From NCBI GenBank assembly GCA_043758415.1, contig JAYVNO010000207.1:562-64561 (forward strand): a stretch of 64,000 nt of DNA, written 5' to 3'. This document shows positions 19,865 through 29,533 of the stretch, piece after piece. The notes below the pieces were generated by a model. It did no database searches, had not been told where the DNA came from, and saw nothing but the letters and a program-made list of their open reading frames with translations. Within the stretch, counting starts at the first letter, position 1; every line of letters begins with the position of its first letter. The position numbers were made by a program, and so were the translations under genes. This DNA comes from Burkholderiales bacterium (lineage in GTDB: Bacteria; Pseudomonadota; Gammaproteobacteria; Burkholderiales; Casimicrobiaceae).

Positions 19865-20266
19865 CTAGTCGTAGCGCGGCTCGGCAACTGCGGTGCCAAC
19901 CATTTGTGGGGTCGGGAGGGGCATCAAAAGAAAGGCATTGACCACGACCGGATCCGCTTCATCGTCGTCTTCGTCGGCTGCGGCAGCATGGGCTGTTGAC
20001 GACACGAGTGCACGCTCGACACGTGCCTTTGGTTTAAGTTGAACAGCTTCTTCACTCGTGGGCTGCACGCGATGCATGCCCGACATGTCGAGCGCTGCCA
20101 GCGCGCCAGTGAGCGTGAAAATGGTGAGCGTCAGACCCAAAGATTTCATGCGTGACTCCAATCTGTTGCGTAGTGCGACTGCGCGATGCAGGTTTTTCAT
20201 ACAATTATTTTTAGCTACGACGTCGAGCCTGCTCATCATCCATCGGCGGATACGGGTGTAGGACAT
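19865..20266 (-). CDS. Hypothetical protein (start uncertain)
   Basis: 133-aa ORF with a hydrophobic segment and acidic patch; no recognised motif. Confidence 0.3.
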   Translation of the reverse strand: MSYTRIRRWMMSRLDVVAKNNCMKNLHRAVALRNRLESRMKSLGLTLTIFTLTGALAALDMSGMHRVQPTSEEAVQLKPKARVERALVSSTAHAAAADEDDDEADPVVVNAFLLMPLPTPQMVGTAVAEPRYD

Positions 20267-21079
20267 GGCCCCTAGCCACGCCCCGTGTATCGTGTATGTC
20301 GGGTGGGCTTACGGAGGTGCACGGTGTCGGTGGCAACTGCGATGCGTTGATCGTGACTGGCGACAGCACGATGCATCAGGATGCCGACGCATTCGAGGGT
20401 CGGGTCCACCCGCTCGTAGTCGAGCCGACGGGCATCATTCATCGACCGCCGCAGACGCCGCACTGGGCGGCAAACACCCGCGATGGCTCACTTTGCAGGT
20501 TAGGCGCAGTGCAATCTCGCCCGGCTCAACAGTCGCCCGCCCGGCCAATACATTAGCGCGGCGCAAAAGCTGCTTAACCGCGTACGTTTCGTCGGCTTCG
20601 CCGAAAATCGCGTGTTGTCCGTTTGACTACTTGGCAAGCGCAGCGCGAATGGCTTTCTCGTAGGCACCCGCTTCGGGGAGACCTTTCGGCGAACTGAACG
20701 CAATTTGCACTTGCTGGACAGTGGTCGTTTTCGTAGTTGACGGCAGCAAATCTCTGGCTTGTCCGTCCGTTGTCGGCCCCAAGCCATAAGTACAAAAAGT
20801 AAGTGAGCTATTCTTGATTGGATACGAGGCGAGGTCGTTTCCCAATACCGAAAGGACGTGCTGATAGACCGGCTCGGGACAGGCGAAGAACAAACCGGAA
20901 TTGCAGAGCGCTTCGCGCTCTAGCAAATGCCCTTTGTAGATTAATCTCTAAGGGTTGAATTCCCCGCCGCTTGCGGCGAAGCATTCGTTTCGCTGGCACC
21001 CTTCGCAATACCCCGCCCCTTGGGGCGGGGAAATTTATTGTATTGACAGCAATTTCAGATTCGCCAAAATAAAACTGTA

Positions 21080-22278
21080 CTGCGCCCCGTCGAAATTTGA
21101 GCCTTTGCTGCCAGCTAGCGAAAAACGCGAGGCGTTGGCTGAGCGTGCGCATGCGATACAAAGGCTGACGTTGGTGGCGGCTGGGCGGGCGGATCACAGC
21201 GTGATGTTGTCGCTTTGGCCGATGCTGCGGTCGATGAATTCGTATGACACGAACAAGATTGATGGGCAGCACACGTTGCCCATCGAGATTGAGCAGGCGA
21301 TGCGGTACGAGTTTTCGTCTGAGCAGGATGTGCAGCGCGAACAGCGCATCGCGCGGTCGCACATGGAGGCTGAACAGGCGGCCGAACCGCAACTGGCGCC
21401 GTTGGGTGGCGGGCGTTGTTGTCGGCTGAAACCATCACGACGTTGCATCGTTCTCTGTTCGAATCGTTACCGCCAGAAGATTGCGTGCGTGCGGACGGCA
21501 GGCTGTTTCAACCGGGCCAATTGCGAACACGTGAGGTGCGTGCGGGCCAACACATCAAACCAGGTGCGCAATCGATTCCCGCATTTCTGGATCGATTCGC
21601 GCAGTGCTACGGCACCGTTCGCGACGGCGAACTCTCGGTGTTGGCCGTCACCGCAGCGCATCACCGTCCGGCCTGGATTCATCCGTTCGAAGACAGCAAT
21701 GGGCGCGTTGCGCGGCTGCATTCACACTTGCTGTTGTGTGCGATGGGACTGACCAACGGCATCGGGTCGCCGCTCAGACGGCTCGCACGAAATCAAACGG
21801 AATATTACGCGCGACTCGCCAAGGCGGATCAAACGCGCCGAGGTGATCCCGACGGAGGCGGCAATTTCACGGAGAGTGGGCTCATCGAGTTCATCGATTT
21901 TTTCTAAGCGTGTGCATCGACTAGGCGCAGTTCATGACGCAGAGGTTCGACATGCAGACGATGCCCGATCACATCGCGGCGTGTCTGGCGCTCTACAGCC
22001 ATCGCGCAGACTCGCAGTTGCGCATGGCGGCGCTGCAACCGCTGCGAGTGATGTTCATGACCGGTGAGTTGGAGCGCGGCGATTTCAAATTAATGACGGG
22101 ACTGCAAACCTGCACCGCCGAGCGGCTGCTGCGAGGGTTGTTCTACTTGCGACCGGTAGTTTCGGATTCGCCAAAAGGCCAGCTGCGGTTGGGTGTATCG
22201 CTGCATGCGCTGCGGTTTTGTTCTCTGGCGCTGTGGCCCGACGCGTGGGGCAGTGTGGAGCGGTACATAGCGCGTTGA
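21080..22278 (+). pseudogene. Frameshifted Fic-domain protein
   Basis: Pieces in three ORFs: KFEPLLP...LRSMNSYDTNKIDG (20955 frame), WIHPFEDSNGRVARL (21416 frame), TGELERGDFKLMTGL...SDSPKGQLRLG (21934 frame). 5' limit approximate. Confidence 0.75.
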
Positions 22279-22283
22279 TTTTC

Positions 22284-22355
22284 TGTAGGAGTGGACTTGG
22301 CCGCGAATGTCACTTTGCTGACGAACGGGTGATCGCGGCCAGGGCCGCTCCTATA
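22284..22355. repeat. REP-like GTAGGAG palindromic doublet (degenerate)
   Basis: tgtaggagtggacttggccgcga...tcgcggccagggccgctcctata; same family as 26023 and 46597. Confidence 0.65.
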
Positions 22356-22363
22356 AAGCTTGG

Positions 22364-25300
22364 CTACTTCAATGCGAAGAAAAACTCGCGCACCATGCGT
22401 GCCCTGTCTGCGAGCAACGGCACCGGGCGCTCAATCTTGACCTTGTCCTGCCCGTGTAAACGATATCGCCCATCTTTCTGAATGAGTGCAATCAATTTGA
22501 GCGGCTCGAAGTTCGGTTTCGGCTTAAACGAGATGATGGTGCGCTCCGGGGCGCTGTCGATTTTCTTGACGCCTAACGCCTTGCCCGCGATGCGCAGTTG
22601 ATGGGCAGCGACGAGCGATTCGGTGGGTGCAGGCAGCAGCCCGAAGCGGTCGATCAGCTCTTCTTTCAGGTCGTCTAGTGCGTCATCAGATTCACAGTTG
22701 GCCAAGCGTTTGTAGATCACCAGTCGCTCGTGGACGCCCGCACAATAATCGGCGGGCAACAGCGCGGGCACGTGCATGTTCACCTCGGTGGTGATGCCCA
22801 GCGGCTCATCAAGATCAGGCTCGCGGCCGGCTTTCAATGCGCGCACAGCCTGGTTGAGCATTTCGCTGTACAGCGCGAAGCCGATCTCCTGCATTTCACC
22901 CGATTGATTGTCGCCAAGCACCTCGCCAGCGCCGCGAATTTCGAGGTCGTGCATCGACAGGTAGAAGCCCGCGCCGAGGTCTTCGAGCTGGGTGATCGCC
23001 TCAAGGCGTTTCTTCGCGTCAGGGCTGATTGCGTCCTCGCCAGGGATGAGCAAATACGCGTACGCCTGATGGTGCGAGCGGCCTACGCGACCGCGCAACT
23101 GGTGCAATTGCGCAAGGCCAAATTTGTCGGCGCGATTGATGAGAATGGTGTTGGCGTTGGCCACGTCGATGCCAGTTTCGATGATGGTTGAGCAGAGCAA
23201 AATCTGGAAGCGTTGCTGATAGAAGTCACGCATCACGCCTTCAAGCTCGGTGCCGCCCATTTGGCCGTGGCCAACGCGAACGCGGGCCTCGGGAACGAGC
23301 GCTTCCAGCCGCTCTCGCATGTTCTCGATGGTCTCGATTTCGTTGTGCAGAAAGTACACCTGACCGCCACGTTTGAGCTCGCGCAGAATCGCTTCACGAA
23401 TGATGCCGTCACCGCCTTTGGCGACGAATGTTTTGATGGCGAGACGCTTTTGTGGGGCGGTAGCAATTACGCTGAAATCGCGGATGCCCTCTAAGCTCAT
23501 CGCCAGCGAGCGCGGGATCGGCGTGGCGGTTAGCGTGAGCACATCCACCTCGGCGCGCATCTTTTTCAACTGCTCCTTTTGTCGCACACCGAAACGATGT
23601 TCTTCGTCGATGATGACGAGACCCAGGTCTTTGAATTTGACGTCGGGCTGAATCAGTTTGTGCGTCCCGATCACCAGGTCGACCGTGCCCGCCTCAAGTC
23701 CGGCAATCGTCGCCCTCACCTCCTTGGCGGAGCGGAAGCGCGACAGCTCTTCGATGCGAATCGGCCACGCTGCGAAGCGATCTTTGAACGTGTTGTAATG
23801 CTGTTCGGTCAACAGCGTCGTCGGCACCAGAACGGCGACCTGTCGTCCACCCATCAGCGCAACGAACGCTGCGCGCAGGGCCACCTCCGTTTTGCCAAAT
23901 CCCACGTCACCACAGACCAGTCGATCCATCGGCTTAGCTGCAACCAAATCCTGGATCACGGCTTGAATCGCAGCACTCTGGTCAGGCGTTTCTTCGAATC
24001 CGAAACCGCTGGCGAAGTTCTCGTAGTCGCTCCAGTCCACCTTAAAGGCATGACCGACACGGGCGGCACGTTGCGCATATATGTTGAGCAGTTCGGCCGC
24101 CGTATCGCGCGCCTGAAGCGCCGCTTTTTTCTTTGTCCTTTCCCAGTGGCCGGAGCCCAGCGTATGCAAAGGCGCATGCTCGGGTGACGTGCCGCTATAG
24201 CGCGAGATCAGGTGCAGGTTTGCCACCGGCACGTAGAGCTTGGCCTCGGAGGCGTACTCCAGATGCAAAAACTCGTTCGCTCCGTCACCGAGGTCAAGCG
24301 ACACCAGCCCGCGATAACGCCCAATGCCGTGTTCTTCGTGCACCACCGGATCGCCGACCTTGACCTCGGAGAGATCCTTCAACATGGAGTCGATGTTGCT
24401 CGTCTTCGCCCGCTTTTTGCGCGCGGCTCGCGTGGTGCTTGGATACAGTTCTGCCTCGGTGACGAAGCTCAGCTTTTCTTCGACGAGGATGGTGCCGGAG
24501 AACAGCGGCGCAGGCGTGATGCAGAACGATTCCGCCGCGGCCATGAAGGCCGCGAAATCGTCGACACGGTGTGGCGAGAGGCCGTGCTCGACAAACATGT
24601 CCTGCATGGTTTGCAGACGACCTGCGCTCTCGGCGCAGAGCAACACGCGACCTTTATTTTGTGTGGCGTTGGCAAGGAAGTCGGCGAGCGGACCGAGTGG
24701 GCGTTCTTTGCGGCGGTCGATTTCGAGGGGGGGTACGCGATGCGTCGCCGATACTGCCGCTTGTCGCCTCTCCCCTTGCGGGAGAGGATTTGGGTTAGGG
24801 TGAGTGGTTTGGTGTGTTGCGGATGTGTCTTGGCTTTGCGAGGCCGCTTCCCCCGCTCCCTCATCCTTCTCCCGCCGGGGGAGAACGGAGTTTTTCAGCT
24901 CATAGCGTGAGTAATTTTTAAGCGCGTGCAAAAAATCATCTCGCCCGAGGTACAGCTCCGCCGGCTCAAGCAGCGGTCGCGCGCTATCGCCACGCAATAA
25001 ACCCCAACGCTCTTTCGTCTCCTTTTCAAAGTCCGTCAGCACAGCGTGCGCATCGCCCAGTACGGCGAAAACGGCGTCGGTCGGTGCGTGATCGAACAGC
25101 GTTTCCGCAGCCTCGAAAAAAAGCGGCAGATAAAACTCCACGCCGCCCGGAAAGATTCCGTTGGTAACGTCTTTATATGCGGCAGCTCGTGACGGATCAC
25201 CCTCGAACACTTCGCGAAATCTTTGACGAAATTGCGTTCGACCCGCCTCGTCGGTTGGGAATTCCCGCGCGGGTAACAGTGAGAGTTCGTTGACCGGATA

Positions 25301-25921
25301 CAACGTGCGCTGCGTGTCTGGTTCGAACGCCTTGATCGATTCAATTTCGTCGTCGAACAGGTCGAGTCGCACCGGCAATGTGCCGCCGGTGGGATAGATG
25401 TCGATGATGCCGCCGCGCACCGCAAATTCGCCTTGCGACACGACTTGCGTGACGTGGGTGTAACCGCCGAGCGTCATTTGCTGGCGCAGTTTGTTGACGT
25501 CGAGTTTTTGTCCTTTTTTCAGTTGGAACGTGCGCGCTGCGATGTAGCTGCGTGGGGATAGCTTCTGGGAAGCTGTGGTTGCCGCCACGATCATCACGTC
25601 GCAGGTGTTGGTGGCCAGCGCATATAGCGCTTTCAGGCGATCACTGACGAGATCCGGGTGCGGCGAGAAATGATCGTACGGCAGCATCTCCCAGTCGGAA
25701 AATTCACGCACGCGAAGCGTCGGGTCAAACCATGCGATCTCAAGTGACAGGTGATGCACGTCCTGGGCGTCGGCACAGGTCACGATCAGCGTGCGTTTGA
25801 CCTCAGTCAAGGATTGCGCGAGGCGGACGAATGCGAGCGCTGCGGCGCTGCCGGCGGGGCGGGCCAGTTGCGCGCGTTCGCCAGTGCGCGGAAGCGGGGG
25901 CAATAAAGAAATAGCGGGCAA
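22364..25921 (-). CDS. mfd: Transcription-repair coupling factor
   Basis: UvrB-like N-terminus, RID, CGDVGFGKTEVA, IIDEEHRFG, QLRGRVGRS, TRCF C-terminus. Confidence 0.98.
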   Translation of the reverse strand: MPAISLLPPLPRTGERAQLARPAGSAAALAFVRLAQSLTEVKRTLIVTCADAQDVHHLSLEIAWFDPTLRVREFSDWEMLPYDHFSPHPDLVSDRLKALYALATNTCDVMIVAATTASQKLSPRSYIAARTFQLKKGQKLDVNKLRQQMTLGGYTHVTQVVSQGEFAVRGGIIDIYPTGGTLPVRLDLFDDEIESIKAFEPDTQRTLYPVNELSLLPAREFPTDEAGRTQFRQRFREVFEGDPSRAAAYKDVTNGIFPGGVEFYLPLFFEAAETLFDHAPTDAVFAVLGDAHAVLTDFEKETKERWGLLRGDSARPLLEPAELYLGRDDFLHALKNYSRYELKNSVLPRREKDEGAGEAASQSQDTSATHQTTHPNPNPLPQGERRQAAVSATHRVPPLEIDRRKERPLGPLADFLANATQNKGRVLLCAESAGRLQTMQDMFVEHGLSPHRVDDFAAFMAAAESFCITPAPLFSGTILVEEKLSFVTEAELYPSTTRAARKKRAKTSNIDSMLKDLSEVKVGDPVVHEEHGIGRYRGLVSLDLGDGANEFLHLEYASEAKLYVPVANLHLISRYSGTSPEHAPLHTLGSGHWERTKKKAALQARDTAAELLNIYAQRAARVGHAFKVDWSDYENFASGFGFEETPDQSAAIQAVIQDLVAAKPMDRLVCGDVGFGKTEVALRAAFVALMGGRQVAVLVPTTLLTEQHYNTFKDRFAAWPIRIEELSRFRSAKEVRATIAGLEAGTVDLVIGTHKLIQPDVKFKDLGLVIIDEEHRFGVRQKEQLKKMRAEVDVLTLTATPIPRSLAMSLEGIRDFSVIATAPQKRLAIKTFVAKGGDGIIREAILRELKRGGQVYFLHNEIETIENMRERLEALVPEARVRVGHGQMGGTELEGVMRDFYQQRFQILLCSTIIETGIDVANANTILINRADKFGLAQLHQLRGRVGRSHHQAYAYLLIPGEDAISPDAKKRLEAITQLEDLGAGFYLSMHDLEIRGAGEVLGDNQSGEMQEIGFALYSEMLNQAVRALKAGREPDLDEPLGITTEVNMHVPALLPADYCAGVHERLVIYKRLANCESDDALDDLKEELIDRFGLLPAPTESLVAAHQLRIAGKALGVKKIDSAPERTIISFKPKPNFEPLKLIALIQKDGRYRLHGQDKVKIERPVPLLADRARMVREFFFALK
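24767..24885. repeat. Palindromic CCTCTCCC-N5-GGGAGAGG repeat pair inserted in frame within mfd
   Basis: cctctccc-cttgc-gggagagg (24767-24787) and ttctccc-gccgg-gggagaa (24867-24885); translates within LPRREKDEGAGE...PNPNPLPQGER. Confidence 0.75.
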
Positions 25922-26022
25922 AACACAACCTCACGAGAGGCGCTGCCTCACGCGATATATGGGTAAATCGAGGAAGAGGATTATAGGAGGCGGGGCGGTC
26001 GCGCTGCCGTGGTGTGCCGACG

Positions 26023-26088
26023 GTAGGAGCGGCTCTGCCGCGACCCGACGATGGCGGTGAAATCGGGCCGCAGCAGAACCGCTCCTAC
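26023..26088. repeat. REP-like GTAGGAGCGGCTCTGCCGCG palindromic doublet
   Basis: gtaggagcggctctgccgcgacc...cagcagaaccgctcctac. Confidence 0.8.
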
Positions 26089-26103
26089 AAAACGGCCTGA
26101 GCG

Positions 26104-26565
26104 CTACTGCGGCGCAGACCGCAGCGGCGTCACTCTGCCATTACCAATCAAAAACTCAACGCGCAACGTCGCGTCGCCTTTTTCATCTTTGAACGTGTAA
26201 CCGACCACTGCGATTTTTTCGCCTGGTTTGATCGGTGCCACTTTCCACGCGTCCATGCGCGTGATCGGAGCAAATTCAACTTCCCATACGGCGTCTTTGC
26301 GCGTGGGTGCTTTGGCGGAACCGATCACGGTCACTGCGTCGACAATCGCTGATTGCTTCGGTATTGCAAAGCGGGCGAGCGCTGCGGGAGGGGCCGCGCG
26401 GTTGACCTCCAGCATCACCTCAGCGTGCGGGTTTTGCCACTTGACGCTTTTCACCACGCCTTCGAGATAGATCGGTTTGGTTTCATCAAAACTGCTCCAG
26501 CCGTGATGCGCAGACACCACGCCGACGCAGAGCGCGAGTAGGACTGTGAGTAATGCACGAATCAT
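26104..26565 (-). CDS. DUF6152-family exported protein
   Basis: Signal peptide then AHHGWSSFD...GVVKSVKWQNPH...IKPGEKIAVVGY; start MIRALL at 26565. Confidence 0.8.
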   Translation of the reverse strand: MIRALLTVLLALCVGVVSAHHGWSSFDETKPIYLEGVVKSVKWQNPHAEVMLEVNRAAPPAALARFAIPKQSAIVDAVTVIGSAKAPTRKDAVWEVEFAPITRMDAWKVAPIKPGEKIAVVGYTFKDEKGDATLRVEFLIGNGRVTPLRSAPQ

Positions 26566-26581
26566 GGAGACTCCTAAAAAG

Positions 26582-27091
26582 TTACACATACGCGATCCAG
26601 CGACCACACACGATGATACCGATCCACAGCAGGATCGAGACGAGCGCTTGCACGCGCGTGGCAATGCTCGCCGAATCAAGCGCGCCACGACTATGCAGGA
26701 TGGCCGCGTTGGTGCCCGCAGTGAACAGCAGCAACATCTTGACCAGAAACGCGCTGTTGCCAATGAAGTCGCTCGCGCGCGCGAGAAACATCAGGCTGCC
26801 GACGGTCGCGGCGAGCGTGAAGCCGAGTAGCGTCCACGGCAAGGTGGCCTTGGCCAACACGTTGGCATTGATCGATGACAAGCCAAACAGCCGTACGCCC
26901 AAAAGCCGCAAATCAACCATCCACAACGATCCGAACGTGATCGCGATGGCGATAATGTGAACGGCCTCCAGCGTCGGATAAACCAGCGGCGCGGAGCGTA
27001 ACCAGACCGCAAATGGCCAGTCGTGCAGGGCTTGGGTGATGAGCGGATTCAATGCGTGAGATTGGTGCGAACAAGCGTTGCATTGTTTCAC
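26582..27091 (-). CDS. DUF6644-family membrane protein
   Basis: YPTLEAVHIIAIAITFG...VDLRLLG...SILLWIGIIVCGRWIAY; adjacent to the DUF6152-like gene. Start uncertain. Confidence 0.75.
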   Translation of the reverse strand: MKQCNACSHQSHALNPLITQALHDWPFAVWLRSAPLVYPTLEAVHIIAIAITFGSLWMVDLRLLGVRLFGLSSINANVLAKATLPWTLLGFTLAATVGSLMFLARASDFIGNSAFLVKMLLLFTAGTNAAILHSRGALDSASIATRVQALVSILLWIGIIVCGRWIAYV

Positions 27092-27229
27092 GCGACAGCG
27101 TGCTGGGTTACCCCGGCGTGTGGCGATGCCCGCGGTGGCTCACCATCCGTGTGTGCAATTCGGTGATCGCGTTGCTGCCCGCTTTTTCGAACGCGAACGG
27201 TAACAGCGCATGTACAAAGCACCGCCTCG

Positions 27230-27433
27230 GTCAGCGCGATCCCCGAGGTCGTCGAGTTCTATCGCATGAGCGGAGACATCGATTATCTGTTGCGCGTGGT
27301 CGTGGCCGACATCGCGGGCTACGACCTCGTCTACAAAAAACTGATTCGCTCAGCAGAATTGTTTGACGTCAGTTCATCGTTTGCGATGGAGCAGATCAAA
27401 TTCACGACCGCGTTACCGGTGTCGGCGGCGTGA
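27230..27433 (+). pseudogene. C-terminal remnant of an Lrp/AsnC (DecR-like) regulator
   Basis: Hand translation VSAIPEVVEFYRMSGDIDYLLRVVVADIAGYDLVYKKLI...SSSFAMEQIKFTTALP*; no intact HTH upstream. Confidence 0.8.
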
Positions 27434-27563
27434 CAAAGTGACTATCAACTTTTTGTGTAAAGCCGCCTTTAATATGGGCTTACAGCGATAAATCGCTTGT
27501 AGTCGATAATTAACCGATTAGGACTCTAAGTCCTTATAAAACATAGCTTACAGCAAAAAGCTG

Positions 27564-28757
27564 TTACCGCCCAGATAGCATTTTTTCATCGCCTAGCCGC
27601 TGCGCAAACAGGGACAAAGCAACCGCACACACCAGCGCGGGCACCGCCCACATGGCAGCCCAATCGCCGCCAGCAATCGCCTCCGAACGCAGCACTTTTG
27701 ACAGCACCGCGTACTGCCCGTTGACCGGCACCCACACGTCCCACCACGGCGCTTTGGTTTGCCGGAAGAAGCTCATCAGCGGCAGCAAACCTACCAGCGA
27801 CACGCCCATCGACAGCGAGCTTTGCGCCTCTTTTGCGGTCTTTCCCGCCGATCCGAACACCAGCATCACGGCGGGCACCATGAACGCAAACGGCACCAGC
27901 ACCGCCATAAATCCAGCGAATTCGCGCGCGCCAAAATTGAACGGCACGCCCAGTTTGCCGAGCGGCACCAGTTGCAACGCCAGCAAAAATCCAACCAGGG
28001 ACGTGGTCACCGCGAGCAGGTTGATGCCGCTTACCGCAAGCCACTTGCCGATAGAGAGTTCATACACGGTGACGGGTGTGGCCAGCAGCGGCTCCAGCGT
28101 CTGCCGCTCACGCTCGCCTGCGGTCACGTCAAGCGCGGCGGCAATCGCCCCCATGAGCCCGGCAAACAGCGCGTAGAAGCTCATGATTTGCAAAAATCTT
28201 GAGCCGCGCTGTTCAGCGGTGGCCAAATCGAGCGTCTCGACGCGTACCGGGTTGGCGACGGTCGGCGACACGCCGCGAAGCAGCAACCGCTCCTTGCCGA
28301 TTTGATCGGCATAGGCATCAATCTCACGTGCCAATTTTCCTGCGATGGGAGCAGAGCGGTCCCGGCTTGATTCGGTGATAAGCGTAATGCGGGCGACACG
28401 ACCGCTCGCCAGCGCCGCCGCATAGTCAGGCTCAATGACGATAACGGCGTCGAGGTCTCCGCTTTTCACCCGAGTTTCATAGTCTTTTGGATCAACGTCA
28501 ATCTTGATGCCGCGACGTTCCAGGTGACGAACGAGATCTGGCGCGAAATGCGCGTTGACGATGGGTGCGGTGGTTTTATCGATGCGATCAGTGACCGATT
28601 GCAAGACGAAATACAGGATGCCCACTACCAGCGGCCCCGAGATCGCCACCGCGAAAAGCGCCCAGAAAATGCTCTTGCGATCACGCAGCAGATCAGTAAA
28701 TTCTTTGCGGGCAACGAGTGCCAGTCGCGCGACCGAGAACGCAGAAAACACGCTCAT
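27564..28757 (-). CDS. ABC-2 type exporter permease (NatB-like)
   Basis: KEFTDLLRDRK, AGERERQTLEPLLATPV, several TM segments. Confidence 0.88.
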   Translation of the reverse strand: MSVFSAFSVARLALVARKEFTDLLRDRKSIFWALFAVAISGPLVVGILYFVLQSVTDRIDKTTAPIVNAHFAPDLVRHLERRGIKIDVDPKDYETRVKSGDLDAVIVIEPDYAAALASGRVARITLITESSRDRSAPIAGKLAREIDAYADQIGKERLLLRGVSPTVANPVRVETLDLATAEQRGSRFLQIMSFYALFAGLMGAIAAALDVTAGERERQTLEPLLATPVTVYELSIGKWLAVSGINLLAVTTSLVGFLLALQLVPLGKLGVPFNFGAREFAGFMAVLVPFAFMVPAVMLVFGSAGKTAKEAQSSLSMGVSLVGLLPLMSFFRQTKAPWWDVWVPVNGQYAVLSKVLRSEAIAGGDWAAMWAVPALVCAVALSLFAQRLGDEKMLSGR

Positions 28758-29533
28758 GCAAACAACCCCTCGTCGCTGCCGATCAGTTTCACGAAGGCGT
28801 CCTCGAGCGAGGCGAGACCGGTCGCTTGTAGCACTTCATCAGGCGCGCCTTGAAACACCACCTGCCCCTTCGCAATGATGATGATGCGGTCGCAGAGCGC
28901 TGCCACTTCCTGCATGATGTGCGATGAAAACAGCACGCATTTGCCCTGCGCGCGCAGGCCGCGAATCAGCTCGCGCATACTGCGGGTGGACATAATGTCA
29001 AGGCCGTTGGTCGGCTCGTCTAGCAGTACGGTTTGCGGGTTGTGGATCAGCGCGCGTGCGATGGCGACCTTCATGCGCTCGCCTTGCGAATAGCCCTGCG
29101 TCGGCCGATCGGCGAGCACAGTCAGACCAAGCTCTTGAATAAGCGCATCGGCACGGGCCGCCGCCTCACCCGCAGACAGGCCGTGCAAACGCCCGAAGTA
29201 GCTGATGTTTTCGCGTGCCGACAAACGCCAGTACAACCCCTTCGCATCGCCCAGCACGCCGAGGCTGCGGCGTACCGCACTTTGTTCCGAGGCGAGGTCT
29301 TTGCCGTCAATGAGCGCGCGGCCCGCATCGGGCGTCAGCAGCGTGGAGAGCATGCGCAACGTGGTCGTTTTGCCAGCGCCGTTCGGACCGAGCAGACCGG
29401 TCACCTCACCGTCATTCGCCGTAAAGCTGACGCCGTTAACCGCCGCTACTTGACGCGTCGTCGCACGCAAAGCGAGTACCGATTTGCGCTCGCTCACGTT
29501 GAAATATTTGCACAGCCCGTTAACGGTAATCAT
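28754..29533 (-). CDS. ABC exporter ATP-binding protein (NatA-like)
   Basis: Walker A GPNGAGKT, signature YSQGE, Walker B LLDEPTNGLD. Confidence 0.92.
   Translation of the reverse strand: MITVNGLCKYFNVSERKSVLALRATTRQVAAVNGVSFTANDGEVTGLLGPNGAGKTTTLRMLSTLLTPDAGRALIDGKDLASEQSAVRRSLGVLGDAKGLYWRLSARENISYFGRLHGLSAGEAAARADALIQELGLTVLADRPTQGYSQGERMKVAIARALIHNPQTVLLDEPTNGLDIMSTRSMRELIRGLRAQGKCVLFSSHIMQEVAALCDRIIIIAKGQVVFQGAPDEVLQATGLASLEDAFVKLIGSDEGLFA

Noticed and set aside
20574-20926. ORF fragments between 20.2 and 20.95 kb
   Set aside because: No motif, no clear start or RBS; cannot support a call.
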